A stretch of DNA of 61,206 bases, counting the filler, from Vannella sp. (lineage: Eukaryota): assembly GCA_023345925.1 (NCBI GenBank). It is 6 parts of 6 records of this genome, joined end to end, with 100 filler letters (N's around TTAATTAATTAA, not from the genome) between each part and the next. Parts side by side here need not be neighbours in the genome. Positions count along the whole stretch, not along the records: positions 29,839 to 39,232 come from JAJQQN010000817.1; positions 39,333 to 57,056 come from JAJQQN010000132.1; 4 more parts are not named here. The stretch is one strand, 5' to 3'. The notes under the pieces are model-generated. The model saw only the letters and a list, made by a program, of their open reading frames with translations. It ran no database searches and had not been told where the DNA came from. Within the stretch, counting starts at the first letter, position 1. Every line of letters begins with the position of its first letter. Position numbers and translations under genes: made by a program. Shown here piece by piece: positions 31,967 to 44,337 of this stretch.

Positions 31967-34481
31967 ATGTCCAGTCTCGTCTCCAAGAAGAAGCGAAAGG
32001 CTCGGCACTCCTTCTCTACAGCAAGTCCAAAGACGGATGGACCAACAAAGACGATGCAGGTGTTCTCTACCGTCCCCGTGATCCAGGTGGATCACGGCGG
32101 GCATTCCCCTTTGTCCCATTTGTCCTCTTTGGCATCGCCAAACTCGGCTCGTGACTTTACCACAGGCTCAGGGCCTCGTATAAGGGCTAAGCTAGCTTCA
32201 GTACGTTCGATAAGAGGCTCAAAGGAAGCTCTTGGGGGACTACCAAGCCCCACCTTCCCAGCTCACGCGCTCCCGCTCCCCGCAGGGGCGCTTCCCATCG
32301 CTACCCCTGACTTACAACGTTCTCCAAGGCAGAAGGTAGCATCTAAAGTAGCGCATTCGAACAAGAGCGGCCTGGTGAGTGCTTCTCTCTCTAGTAGAAG
32401 GGCGTTTCTCATTCTCTCATCGCTTTAGCCCTACGATACTATCATGAGAGTTGCGCTGGACCTATGTGAAGCAGTAGATCTCGATGAGGACTCGCAAAGA
32501 ACGATCTACAATGCTTTGAGACGCGCCCCGGCCATGAGGAAGTTAAAACACAAGCCGGTCTGCTCTGTTCTCGCTCTTAACCGGCTACAACGTGGAGCTG
32601 AGGACATCCAAACACTCCAAAAGACCCAAAAGCTCCAGCGTGCAGCTGTACTCATCCAAAGCGCCTTCCGCAGCTACCAAGCGAAGCAAGCATTAACCAG
32701 TAGCCTTGCTGAGTACCAGCAAGGCAAGATCGCCCTCTTCTACGAGCTATGTGACAAAGAGAAGCGGTTTGTCATGAACCTAGCCACGCTGGTATCGCAG
32801 TACATTGTGCCTCTTCGTGTCTCTTCAGACAAACAGCTCAAAAAGATCAGTGGTGACCTGACTGCGGTCTTCTCTAACGTTGAGAGTATCTTAGAAGTAC
32901 ATCAGAACCTTCTGAAAGCACTTTACGCTGTCCAACGTGACCAATGGCCCCACCTTCGAGGACTCGGTGACGCTTTTACGTGCATTTCCCCCTCTCTGGC
33001 GATCTATGGCAAGTATGTACACAACTTTAAGTTCGCCCTTGATACACTGGACGAGTGCTGTGATCAGAATGAGCACTTTGCTGAGTTTCTTGAACGAAAG
33101 TCAGCAACTTTGTCTCTCGATCTGACACTGCTGCTCTCCCTTCCGCTCAATCATATCGCGGGCTATGAGCACTTCCTTAAAGGCATCCTGGAAGTTACGC
33201 CAGAGCCTGATCCAGAGCACCACTCTCTCCTCCAGGCAATTACCATCACCACTGAAACTGCCAATTTCATTGCCAATGCTCTAGGGCAGGCACAGAACAT
33301 TGCATCTATATGCAAGACCTTTAAGAACATCGCTACGTCGCCTCAGAAGGAGTCTCTCTTCGAGGAATTAAGTGCAAATCACTCCACTTTGGTCCATCAT
33401 GAGAAGAGCTTGGACCTTTTACTTCCTGGTTTGAAGAAGCCCACTCCAGCTTCACTTTATATCTTTGATGATATCGCCTTTGCAGCGATATTGGGCGGGC
33501 ACCGGGGGGACACAATAAGGTGCATTTGGCATCTGAGCCACTGTTCTGTGCAACTTCTTCCAGCGCCAACGATTGGAATCTCCTTGTTTATTGAAGACGA
33601 AGAGAAACCAGAGTATGACCGAGAGGTAGAAGACACAAGGTTTAACTTCGGAACTGAGAACGAGGACCAGTCCAACTCTTTACTCCAGACTATTCAGGGT
33701 CTTATTGATCACAATAAGCGGAACAAGAGTACGTTGTAGTTCATCTTGTATGTGTTATTTATCTAACGCTATCATAGCGTTTGGAGTCTCGCTGGAGGTC
33801 CTCCTTGTACGAGATAAGCCAGAGGATGGGATTCCACGTGTCGTTAAGGACCTCGCAACCTTTATTGAAGAGAAGGGATCTCATTCTGTGGGGATATTCC
33901 GTATCCCTGGTACTGCCACGACTATCAAGAGGGTGAAAACTCTCTACAACCAGAGCGTGGGCGAGTATCCTAACCTCTTTGAATTGGAACAATTCAAAGC
34001 GGAGGATGCTGCCGGTGTCTTTAAGATGTTTTTCAGGGATATGCCCGAGCCTCTCATCCCCCATGATATGTATCAACTCTTTATTTCAATGTTCCCTCAT
34101 GGTAAGTTCGAATCATGATGGTACCCCGCGCTCACAATGACTCAAGGCTCTATGAATCTTGTCAGTTTCTTGCAAAACATGAAGGGCATGTTAGGTAACA
34201 TGCCCGAAGCCAATCAGCGGGTTCTCAAATTCGTTATTGGGCTCCTTGTCCGATTGTCTGAAGTTGAAGACAACAAGATGGGCGCCACCAATTTGGCCAC
34301 CTGCTTCGGAGCTAACATTCTCCGCCCCAAAGAACAAACCATTGAATCCACTCTCGCCATCCCCCAGGCCAATTGCTGCGTAGAATATTTCATTAAGTAC
34401 TTTGATATCCTCTTCTGTGAACCAGTGCAAATTCGACTTCGAAAACGTAAAAACACCACCAATGAGGCAATATATACATAA
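31967..34481 (+). CDS. IQ + RhoGEF (DH) + PH-like + RhoGAP protein; 4 exons
   Basis: IQ motif AAVLIQSAFRSYQAK. DH motifs ELCDKEKRFVMNL, VFSNVESILEVHQ and LLSLPLNHIAGYEHFLK. GAP motifs FGVSL, GIFRIPG, FKMFFRDMPEPL and NKMGATNLATCFGANIL. Introns at about 32374-32428, 33730-33777 and 34102-34146. Confidence 0.88.
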
Positions 34482-34511
34482 ACCCAACTATTACATAGTG
34501 TTGGGAAGATG

Positions 34512-34547
34512 TTTTGGGCGGGAAAACACCCCTTTTGGGCGGGAAAC
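34512..34547. repeat. Direct repeat of TTTTGGGCGGGAAA (two copies; reverse complement matches the E2F-type TTTCCCGC)
   Basis: The sequence gttttgggcgggaaaacaccccttttgggcgggaaac is visible. Function is inferred only. Confidence 0.45.
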
Positions 34548-34881
34548 TTGAGAAAATCTTTTGGTTCTCTGTCCAAGACCAGTCTTCTTCAACCTCGCGA
34601 AAGTGGAGCAACCCCAGCATTCTCAGCGCTTGGTAAGAACATCGGTTTATTATTTTTAAGATTGTTTTTAGGGTTTTGGGTTTAGTTTGGGGGACTGCGA
34701 AAAGCTGCACAGCCGTTGCTCCAAGTGCACATCGCCAGAAGTTCGGTTGGTGGGTAGTATACAAAGGGTACCAAACCGAGTAGTGTACAGTGGTGGTATT
34801 TACAAGGCTTCTGGCGATGGGCGGAATTTACAAGGCGGAGGAACGAGCGTGAGCTTTCGGTTGGTCCAGGTCATGATCCTC

Positions 34882-35892
34882 TTAAAGGACAGGACGGCTG
34901 TTGGGTAGATACAGGGAGGGTTGAATTACAGGGGAGTAGGCCATGAACTTGGCAGGATGAGGGGCAGAGAAGAGGAAGTTTGGAGAAACTAATCCTTCGT
35001 TCCCGTAGCAGGGTGTGGCGATGGGAGACGTGCAGGTTTCGCCCTTAGAAGATAAAGCCATTGATACACCAGGAACCATAAAGGGATTGCCGACAACGAA
35101 TGGAACACCGGAAGTGACGGGGTAGAACACTGGCATCTCGGGCTTCACAAACGACGGAGGGCGCATCCCGAAGGCGGTTTGCATCGTGAGGTAGTCTTGG
35201 GCTGCGTGGACTCTCTCCAGTGGGCTGATGTTGTTACGTGGTTGGGAGGGAATACCTGCCTCTGCGCGTTCAGCTAGTCTACTGAAGCTTTGGAAGAGAG
35301 CAGCGCGGACGGAGTCGTCCGTTTGGTTGATGACCTGTAACACGCGGGATAGCACTGGAGGGGCTTGGGGTGTTGGTTGAATTTTCACAGGTGGAAGTGG
35401 TTGTTCAGGGACTGAGTCAAGCTCAAAGTCGATGACCTGGAATGGAGGAGAACGCGAGCGTGCATCAGAGGCGAACAGAGACAACGAGTCGTCCTCAGAA
35501 AGTTTTCTCTTCTTCTCAGGTGAGCAGAGACTCTCTGGCTCCTCCTTGATGATGCGAAAGCTCAGCTCTTCAAGAGGGCTCGCAACGGCATCTCCTTCTG
35601 AAGAGGGCAGTTCGAAGGGAGAGATGGATAGCAGGTCCTCAGTCTAGAAAAATAGATAAATAAGTGTTTGCTCCAGTGGTGTCACCACGAGACGTACCCA
35701 GGAAGAGTTGAACGAGTCGTAAAGGGGAGAGCTCTCTCGCTTGCGCTTGCCAGAAGAACACATGGAGAAGTCAAACGACAGCTCATTAGGAGTGAACAGC
35801 TGAGAATCCTTGTCTTGAAACTCCTCAAAGAAGTTGGAGAGGTGGTCACTGCTGAAACAGGTTGAAGAGTTGTCCATGACGAGAGAGTTCAT
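34882..35892 (-). CDS. Hypothetical, mostly disordered Ser/Pro-rich nuclear protein with one helical island; 2 exons
   Basis: Intron 35644-35697 joins ORF 35644..35958 in frame to 34882..35484. Basic patches GKRKRE and EKKRK. Helical segment SRVLQVINQTDDSVRAALFQSFSRLAERAE. Confidence 0.65.
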
Positions 35893-36189
35893 TGTTTGTT
35901 CAGTTACTGTACATTCATATGTGTCAGATAGTGTTGGCCATGAGTGCTCACTGTTCACTTACAGCAAAGAGAGTTAATAGCTGTGGAGGGCAGCAAACAA
36001 GTGAGCAAGTCGTCCTGTCAGACCGGTCGTACCAAATCGTGGACCAATCAGACCGAGGGAATTCATCATTATTACGTTTTTATTCGTATTTCCGTGGGGA
36101 AGCAAAGTTCCACAACAGGAGAAAAGCTGTTCGCCTGCTGAACTATTTTTGGACGGAACCCCACACCAAGCCGAGATTGAGGAGATAGC

Positions 36190-37417
36190 ATGAGCGCTCC
36201 TCCTCGTCCAGCGGTTGTTGGTCCTCCACCACGGCCTCCAGTGCGGTCCCTTCACTTGTCTTTAGGACAGAAAGCCCCACAAAGTCGGGGAGCGGTCTAT
36301 GTTAGCGCTCCGGTGCCGGTGCGAGCTTCTACGGAGTGCGCTCCCTTGTCTGCAAGAGGCTTTCCACCTGCCCCAACTCCTTGTCCTCAGCTCAAGCGAC
36401 CTAAGAGTGCGCGAGGTGCGCAAAGCGAGATATCCGCAGCTCGCACTGGTTTCGTGGTGGGTGATGAGGAGCAACAGCGGATGGCCAAGTTCCACACCTT
36501 TGCGGTGTGGGAGAGATGCCCTGAGATTGTTATAACGTGTTCTGAGATACTAGCTTCTGAGGGTGAGTCAGATCGGCTGTACCCAGGCACCAGCGGCTGA
36601 ATAGTCCAGGTTTGGGGAAGGAGGGCCTCTTTCGAGTATCTGGAGACGTTTCAAGTGTCGGATTGCTCATGAAAGCGTGCCAAGCAGGTAAGAGATACTT
36701 TGTGACTCTTACTCGATCATCTAAGAAGCCACAAAGGGACCTTGAGGGAGACAGCGGGACAACTTTCAGCCAGCACGAGGCCATTTGTTGTTGCTGACTT
36801 GGTTCTCCAATGGATCAAGAGCAACCTGGGTTCCCTAATATCTCTTCCGGTTTATCGTGCTATCATCAAGTCGATGATCACAGGGGGAGAGAAGGAAGAG
36901 AACTTTCCCCGCAAACAAGTGAAAGGGCTCATCTATTGCTTGGATGAGAAGCTGTTAGCCACGCTTATGGTCTTGCTCCAGCTATGCCAGTTGATCATTG
37001 ATGCCCAAGAGCACACACGAATGGATGTGGAGAACCTGTCCCGTTGCATCGGACCTTCTATCATGTTTGACGAGGACGAGACAAGCTTGGACGTACTGAA
37101 ACGAGATGCTCCCTTATGCAACAAGGTCGTAGCCTTTCTCATTGAAGAGTTCCCCTTTCTCTCTCAGGTGAGGCCGCCATTCCCGTTGGGAAGTGCCTTC
37201 TGATGGGGCCTTCCAGGATGTTCAAGCAGGTCGCCATTTGATTGTGGCTGAGAAGTACCGATCAGAGGTATCAGATATACTTGCTCAGAAGGCTCCTCCA
37301 GCGACTGGAAAGGAACGCGGTCGTTCGATGACGCACGAACCTCGGCGCAGTCGCAATCCTCTCCGCGCTCTCAGTCGGAGTCGGAGCAGGAAGAGGGATA
37401 GCCTCTCCAAAAAGTGA
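36190..37417 (+). CDS. RhoGAP-domain protein, multi-exon
   Basis: CPEIVITCSEILASEG|LGKEGLFRVSGD, VVADLVLQWIK, TRMDVENLSRCIGPSIM. Confidence 0.85.
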
Positions 37418-37438
37418 TATAAGTAAACTGTATTGTAC

Positions 37439-38959
37439 TCACACTGCGCCACAGAGCACCAGTGCTTTCTTGTACCGGTTAATGGCACCAATTGACTCTC
37501 CAGATGCCAACATTTCTTCTGCTAGGTTGTATATTTCCTGGGCTTCTTCAAGGGCTTCCTCAGGGCACTCAGAAAGATAGATCCGAGCAGAGTCTCGATA
37601 CTGCTGAGCAGCCTCATCATAAGTCCCATTGAGAATATGAGTGTCTCCCACGCTGATGTGGATTTTGGCAATATGGACCGAGTCTGCCGGGTGGTGCTTT
37701 CTCATCACTTTGAGAAGCAATTCAAAGTATTTGAAGGCTTGCGGAAAGTCAACTTGCTGCTGGTTAAGATTGGCGAGACCAAATAGCGGAACACAGGCCT
37801 CTTTGGAATTTTTTCCAAACTCCTTTTGGATGATACGAAGGGCTTCTGTGTACTGAACTACAGCCTTTTTTGGCTTGTTTTGAGCGCGCTGGATCTCGCC
37901 AAGCTTAAGATAGACCAAACCGGCTTGCCGACCTTGATGGCCCTCCATCTGGTAGATTTTGAGAGCTTCTCCGTAGTTCTTAGCAGCCTCTTCCAATTCT
38001 GCTCTATCATAGCGCAGTTTGCCACTGTCAAGTCGGAGTTGGGCTGCCTGAATTCTGTTTCTAGAGATTGGTATTTGACTTAGCACTTCCGCCGCTTTCT
38101 CCATGAACTCAACACCTTCCTTTGAGTTTTCGAGAGTAGTGTGGCATTGACTCAATCCCAAGTAGAAAAAGGCCATATCAATGGAGGGCTCCTCAGTGTT
38201 GCAGAATGGAAGAGCCATCATAAACTGGGCTATTGCCTTCTCTGGCAGGTTCATATCTCGGTACATTCGCCCATTGTGGGTGTAGACGCAAGATATATCT
38301 CTCCTACTCACTTCAGGGTCTTGCTGAAGCGCTTCTGCAGCGAGAAGATTGGTCTGGATAGCCTCTTCAAGCCGTTCCTGCTCCTTGAGCATCTCAGCCA
38401 CGCTAATGTGTATCTCTGCACGCTCTCGATGCCTTCCTTCTTCCAACAAACTCATTGCTTGCTGATAGGAGCTACTAGCCTCCTCAAAGCGCCTTTCGTC
38501 GCGATGGAGGTCTCCAATGTTCAGGTGTACCTTTGAGGGAAGCGCGCTCTTGGAGCTGATTTTAGCGTAGAGAGACAAAGCCTTCTCATACTCAAGAAGA
38601 GCTTCGTCTGGACGACCTTGCTTCTTACGAAGATGGCCCAAGTTTGTATGCAAAGGCCCCAATAAGAACGTGTCTTCACCACGAGCCCGCCTGAGGATGT
38701 TCATTGCGTGTTGGAATAGATCTTCACTCTGCGCATACTCTTCCTTGTGTAGATGGACCATTGCGGCATGTTGCAAGGAGTCAGCTTCTCTTATCGCTTC
38801 CTCATTGGAGATGGGGAACCCTGCGCAGGTTCAGTTCTCACTCGCTAGTCACACGGTACACCCACCTTCTCCTCCAGCAGCTTCCAGTCCAGTTGCTGGT
38901 CCTCGCGGTCTCCCACCCGCTTTCTTCTTTCCCTTCCCTTTTGCCTTCTTCCCGCCCAT
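37439..38959 (-). CDS. Tetratricopeptide-repeat protein (kinesin-light-chain/TPR_12-like); 2 exons
   Basis: Multiple TPRs (HTNLGHLRKKQGRPDEALLEYEKALSL, HLNIGDLHRDERRFEEASSSYQQA). Basic N-terminus MGGKKAKGKGKKK. Intron at about 38821-38864. Confidence 0.85.
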
Positions 38960-39232
38960 GACTTGGAGGAAATGTCCCCGAGCTTGCGCCCCTCCTCTCC
39001 TTTTGGCTCCCAAAACCGCGTAATTGAGAGTGCACCTCTCTATCCTTCATATGACCCCATTTGAGGTCTCTCTGGGGCATCCCTAGGCTAGATACTTCAT
39101 TTCTTGGGTTCCTTGGCGATGGGCCACGGGCTGGTGGAGGCAGTACAGGGACGTTCGGATCGCTGGGAGCGGGCTACGTTACGCTCTTCCTATGAGCTTT
39201 TGACCAAGTTCTTACGAACAAGCCAGCGGTCT

Positions 39233-39332
39233 NNNNNNNNNNNNNNNNNNNNNNNNNNNNNNNNNNNNNNNNNNNNTTAATTAATTAANNNNNNNNNNNN
39301 NNNNNNNNNNNNNNNNNNNNNNNNNNNNNNNN
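39233..39332. other. Artificial contig spacer
   Basis: N44-TTAATTAATTAA-N44. Confidence 0.98.
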
Positions 39333-39482
39333 TCCACCAGGCCCGCCTCGTGGACCGCCAGGGCCGCCACGCATGGGACCACCAGGGCCACCACGCATTG
39401 GGCCACCGGGGCCACCACGCATGGGGCCACCAGGACCACCTCGCATGACACCAGGCGCAGGAGGGGCTCCAGGATAACTCAT
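39333..39482 (-). CDS. N-terminus of a Gly/Pro/Arg low-complexity protein with (MRGGPGGP)n repeats, 3'-partial
   Basis: MSYPGAPPAPGVMRGGPGGPMRGGPGGP... The 24-nt repeat varies at synonymous positions and runs into the contig break. Confidence 0.7.
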
Positions 39483-39733
39483 TGGGTTAAAACGAACGGA
39501 AAGCTAAAGACCTAGTCTACTGTCAGCTATCTGACACCCACCAAGTAACATCAACTCACAGATAAGGGAGCAAGAGCGAGTGACAGGCGCTGCTGCACTC
39601 GGGAAGGGAAAAGAATGGCGATGGCAGAGCCTGTCAGCCAGCCAATCAGGAAAGCTTCCCAACTGGGCGGGTTTGGCGCAAACAAGACGCTTCAAAATAT
39701 CTCGATTTTTGTATTGTTTTGGTCACGCTTTGG

Positions 39734-41910
39734 TTACTCTTTGGGGGGGTTGGCATGAAGCTCGTGCTCGAGAGTGCGAGCGAGAAGAGAGTTGATCCGG
39801 TCGAGCATGGGCCGGTTGTCTGTGAGGAGACCTGCGGAAACCATGGCGTTATCATAGACTTGCTCAATGGCTTGGGTGGCTAAAGCGGGGTTGCTAGCAC
39901 GGATCTTACGGAGGTTCACCATGACTGGGTGCTTCACATTGATCTCCAAGGCCTGCTTTGGCATCTTTGGCATGCGTTTGGGGTCCACTTGCATCATCAT
40001 GCGACGGTAAGCAACTGTTTCGTGGTCGATAATGACTGCAGGTGAGTCAGTCAAGCGGTCAGTGTCCTTCACAGACGAGACCTTCTCCACCAACTCGTCA
40101 CGGATCCAGTCGTTGAAGGACTTGATCTCAGCGCGCTCCTCCTCTGTAGTATTGTCCTCCTCCTTCTCCACCTCAGCAGACTCAATGGGCTTCAAGGTCT
40201 TTCCCTTGAATGAACCAATGGCATTCATCACCCAGTCATCCACCGCTTGGTACAGGAAGAGCACTTCAATACCCTTCTTCTTGAAGTGCTCCATGTAAGG
40301 AGACCCTTCAGCCAGCGAGCGCTTGGTGGAGACAACGTAGTAGATCTCCTTCTGTTCCTCTCCCATGCGGGTGATGTAATCCTCGAGGGAGACGAGTTTG
40401 TTCTCCTCAAACTGAGAGCTCTCCATTCGGAGGAGCTTGGCCAGGTTCTCTCGATCGTTCTGATCGGTCACGATGCCTTCCTTGATGAACTGACCGTACT
40501 CATTGAAGAAGTCTTCGTAGTCGCCTGGGTTGCGCTTGGCCTCCTCTCCGAAGAACTTGATCAAGCGGCGGGTGAGGACAGCTGCCAACCGGTTGACGAG
40601 CTGGCTGTCTTGTAAGTGCTCGCGGGAGATGTTCAGAGTAATGTCGTCACAGTCCACCACACCACGGATGAAGCGGAGGTAGTCTGGGAGGAACTTCTTC
40701 ATGTTGGACTGGATGAGGACTTTGCGGCAGTACAAGCTGACTCCTGGGTCCATGCGACCAACACCATACTTCTCTGTGTGCTCGCTGGGTACGTAGAAAA
40801 TGCTGGACAGGTTCAAGGGACTGTCCGTTTGGAAGTGAAGCTTCATCTTGGGCTTATCGTAGGAGTGCGAGATGAACTTGTAGAACTCGTTGTGCTGTTC
40901 CTCTGTCACTTCATTCTTGGGAAGGGTCCAAATGGCCTGCACAGTGTTCATCCGTTGGCCGTTCAAGAGAATCTTAAAGTTGACAAAGTTCGAGTGCTTG
41001 GTGAGGACGTCCTTGAGCACCTTCTCGCTTGAGAACTCTTTGCAGTCCTCTCTCATGTTCAGAATGATCTTGGTGCCGCGGCTGACTCCCTCGGCCTCCG
41101 CAAGATCGTAAGTGCCTCCTCCGTCAGATCGCCACAAGTAGCCCTTGCTGCCCTCCTTGGCACTACGGCTGTAAACTTCCACAGTATCGGCTACCATGAA
41201 GGAAGAGTAGAAGCCCACACCGAACTGACCGATGAGAGACTGTGAGTTCTCATTCTTTCCAACAAACTCGCGAGTTCCAGACCGCGCGATGGTTCCTAGA
41301 TTGTCCACCAGCTCTGCATCGGTCATACCAATGCCAAAGTCCTGAATGGTGATGGTGTTGCTCTCGCTATCAGCGGTAATGTGGATCTCAGCCTCGATGT
41401 AGGGATCGATCAGGCTCTCTCCAGCAACTTCAGCGTGTCGGTACTTCTCCAAAGCATCAGAAGCATTTGAAACCAACTCTCTGATGAAGATCTGCGTGGT
41501 GTTGTCAGGACAACTGGATCACTGATCGCCAAGAAACGTACCTCCTTGTCAGTGTAGAGAGACTTGGCAACGATATCGAGGAGCTTTCTTGTCTCGGCTT
41601 GGAACTCGTGAGAAGAAGAAGGGCCAACAACCTTCTCGGTCCTCTCCATCTTGTCTCTCAAGGGTCTCTCTGTTTCCAGAGCCTCAGCTCCACCCTCCTG
41701 GGCTTCAGAATCCTGAACGTCAGACTCCTGAGCATCAGACTCCTGGACTGCTTCCTCCTGAACAACTTCAGCTTCCTCAGCTTCCTTTGGAGATGAGGAG
41801 AACCCACGTGGGGCCACAGACACGACACGGGCAGCTCTCACAACGCTGCGGTTACAAACACGACCATTTCGAGCGACAGCTCCGACAACACGCAGGCCTA
41901 CTCGATGCAT
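39734..41910 (-). CDS. TRAP1: Mitochondrial HSP90 (TRAP1/HSP75); 2 exons
   Basis: Arg-rich presequence, [58 protein letters not shown] and [12 protein letters not shown]. No C-terminal MEEVD or ER-retention signal. Confidence 0.95.
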
Positions 41911-42021
41911 CGGACAAAGAAATGAGCTTCTAAGATGTCCTGAGAAGCTCTTAAGCAAGAAAAAGGAATTTCCCGGAAATTTCGAGAATTTTTCGATACC
42001 TTTGGGAGACCATTTGACTTG

Positions 42022-42351
42022 ATGGCTCTGCGGCAGGCTGGGCGCGTCTTACGCAGGTTCTCTACGAAAGAGGGAACATTGGCACCTGGTAGTGTGGGGA
42101 AGGAAGAGTTTCTGACCACGAATTGGACGAAGGAACGCCAGGAGAAGGTGACCGAGTCTCTTCTGCAAACGAAGGAGAAGTTGGAGGAGAAGTGGCGTCA
42201 AACAGAGATGCTTTCAGGTGCTGCAGATGAAAACACTCCTGTAGAGGATGTTCGAGTGAACAAGGTCACCGGAGAGGTGGGTGGACCGAAGGGGCTTGAA
42301 CCCACTCGCTTTGGAGACTGGGAACGGAAAGGAAGAGTCACCGACTTCTAA
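42022..42351 (+). CDS. SDHAF4: Succinate dehydrogenase assembly factor 4 (Sdh8/DUF1674)
   Basis: Presequence [14 protein letters not shown] and C-terminal signature [27 protein letters not shown]. Confidence 0.93.
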   Translation: MALRQAGRVLRRFSTKEGTLAPGSVGKEEFLTTNWTKERQEKVTESLLQTKEKLEEKWRQTEMLSGAADENTPVEDVRVNKVTGEVGGPKGLEPTRFGDWERKGRVTDF

Positions 42352-42408
42352 TGTAACTACTACCATGCCTTGTGGAAGGGCAGAGAACACGATAAACCAT
42401 GACAAGAA

Positions 42409-43385
42409 TCACTGAGACTCTTTTATCTCCACAATCTTCTGCGCCACTCGATCGTTGATGACCTTGATCTTCTTGTCCAGAAGCTCTTGCACCTTATGAA
42501 GTATTAGGGATGCAAAGAGGGTGCATGTGAGGGTGTACCTTCTTCTCCTCTCGGAATGCGACGTCCTTGCTGATCTTCGCCTTAAACTTCTTTAGCTGGT
42601 CCAATCCTTCACGTCTTGTGCGTCTCAGGGACTCTTTCGTCTCATCTCCGTGCTTGTTGATGGTCTTCTCCATCTGTTCTCGGAACTCCACAGTCATTCT
42701 GCTCGCATTAGATCAATCAAGGGGGAAATCGGACCTACTTTGGGACAGGGACTTTGATTCCACTTCCATCGTGAGGTTGAGGACTGAACCCTCCCTCGGC
42801 AACGTTAAGTGCCTTGATAATGGCCTTCTCAAGAGCCTCGTCATGGGGATGGACAACAAGGTTGCGATGGTCTAGAATGGAGATGTCTGCAACGTTTCTG
42901 AGGCAGACAGTGTTAGCTTTGGGTTTCTTCTTCTTCTTGTCCTTGTCGTCTTCGCCAGCGCTCTCCTTTCCTGGGAGTTCAACGAGGATGTTTTCGATCA
43001 GAGAGGGGCTCAATCGCTCTGTGCGAAGGCCCAGGAGGGTGGTGTTCAAGAACTCAAGTGTTTTGTTCATCTTCTCCTCGAGATAGACCATGTCCACCCC
43101 TTGGTGAGCGAGTTCGGTAATCTCATTATCCTCTTCTTCCCCCTTTCCTCCTGTTGCTTGTTAGAACTACCCACAAGGCTTCAATTAACTCTTCTTGCCT
43201 TTCTTCTTCTTTGCGCGGTACTCAAATCGCTCCCATGAAAGAGGCTGAAGAGCTGTACGACGGTGAAGGGAACCGCCATAACGCGTTGGAGTGGTGAAGA
43301 AGGTTCTAAAAGTAGACCCTGCAAGTGCTGATTGCCTGAAAGACAAGAGTGGGGTCGCACGGAGAACCTGTCGTGTGCTCAGCAT
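42409..43385 (-). CDS. MRRF: Mitochondrial ribosome recycling factor; 4 exons
   Basis: Presequence, LRTERLSPSLIENILVE, LRNVADISI, IKVPVPK|MTVEFREQM, KESLRRTRREG. Last exon ends with TGA at about 42409. Confidence 0.82.
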
Positions 43386-43432
43386 GCGGAAGCAGAAGAA
43401 GTGACTACACGTAAAGATCCTCCCATTTATAT

Positions 43433-44204
43433 TTAGAAGTTCAAGGCGTGGGGGAACTGGCCAGAAGAAAGAGTGAATCGAGCACTGAGGTACTCCTTGA
43501 GGCCTCCGGTCTTCTTCACCGCAGCGAGGATAGATGTGTCAACCAACTTTTGGTCAGCCTGTCTCTCAGCACTGATCACATTCTTGGCCTTCTCACCCTC
43601 AGCGAAGAACTCTCCAGTCTTCTTAGACTTCTTGGCCTGGACAGGGCGCTTGAAGTAGGCGTCGTTGAACTTGGCATCAACGTTAACACCAGAGAGATCG
43701 ACCTTGGTGGAGGTTCCAATGACGTATGTTTGGTTCACACGGCGGAGGGGAACACCGTTAACCTTGAAGGGACCTAGAAGGAGGGTGTTAGCGTACTCGA
43801 AATTGTACCTTCAAGAACCTACCAGTGACCAACAGGAGACCGGACTCCAGTTGCTTGAGGAAGACGACTCGCTTTCCAGCGAATCGGCCAGCCAGAAGGA
43901 TGAGGATGGAGCCGGGGACGATGGAGCTCTTCAGCTTGGTTTGCTTGGGAGCAGCCTTTCGTCCGGCACGGCGGGAGGGAAGATCCTCAGCGGGGTACCA
44001 CTTGGAAGCTTGAGGGGCAACGGTGCGCTCGCCCTTGCCGAACTTCTTGACGATGGGAGCGGCAACAGTTGCGGGCTTCTTCTCCACAACCTTCCAGTCC
44101 TTCTTGAGGTACTTCGCCTTCTTGCTGCAGACGGCACTTCGGGAGAGCTTCTGGAGGCCAGGGATCAACTCCTTGTTGCGGGGAGTAGCGGACTTTCTTG
44201 TCAT
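43433..44204 (-). CDS. RPL6: 60S ribosomal protein L6 (eL6); 2 exons
   Basis: [83 protein letters not shown]. Confidence 0.96.
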
Positions 44205-44337
44205 CTCGACAAGCAACGCGAAAAAAGGTCTTCCTCTGCGCAACAACTCGAAGCAAACGAAAATTTTCGTCAGAATCGAGGGTGAACTGTCGAAATTGTT
44301 ACGATAAAATGAATAATGTATTGACATTGATTATTAA

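Noticed and set aside
40032..44307. Long antisense ORFs over TRAP1 and RPL6
   Set aside because: Shadow ORFs caused by biased codon usage in highly expressed genes, with no recognisable motifs.
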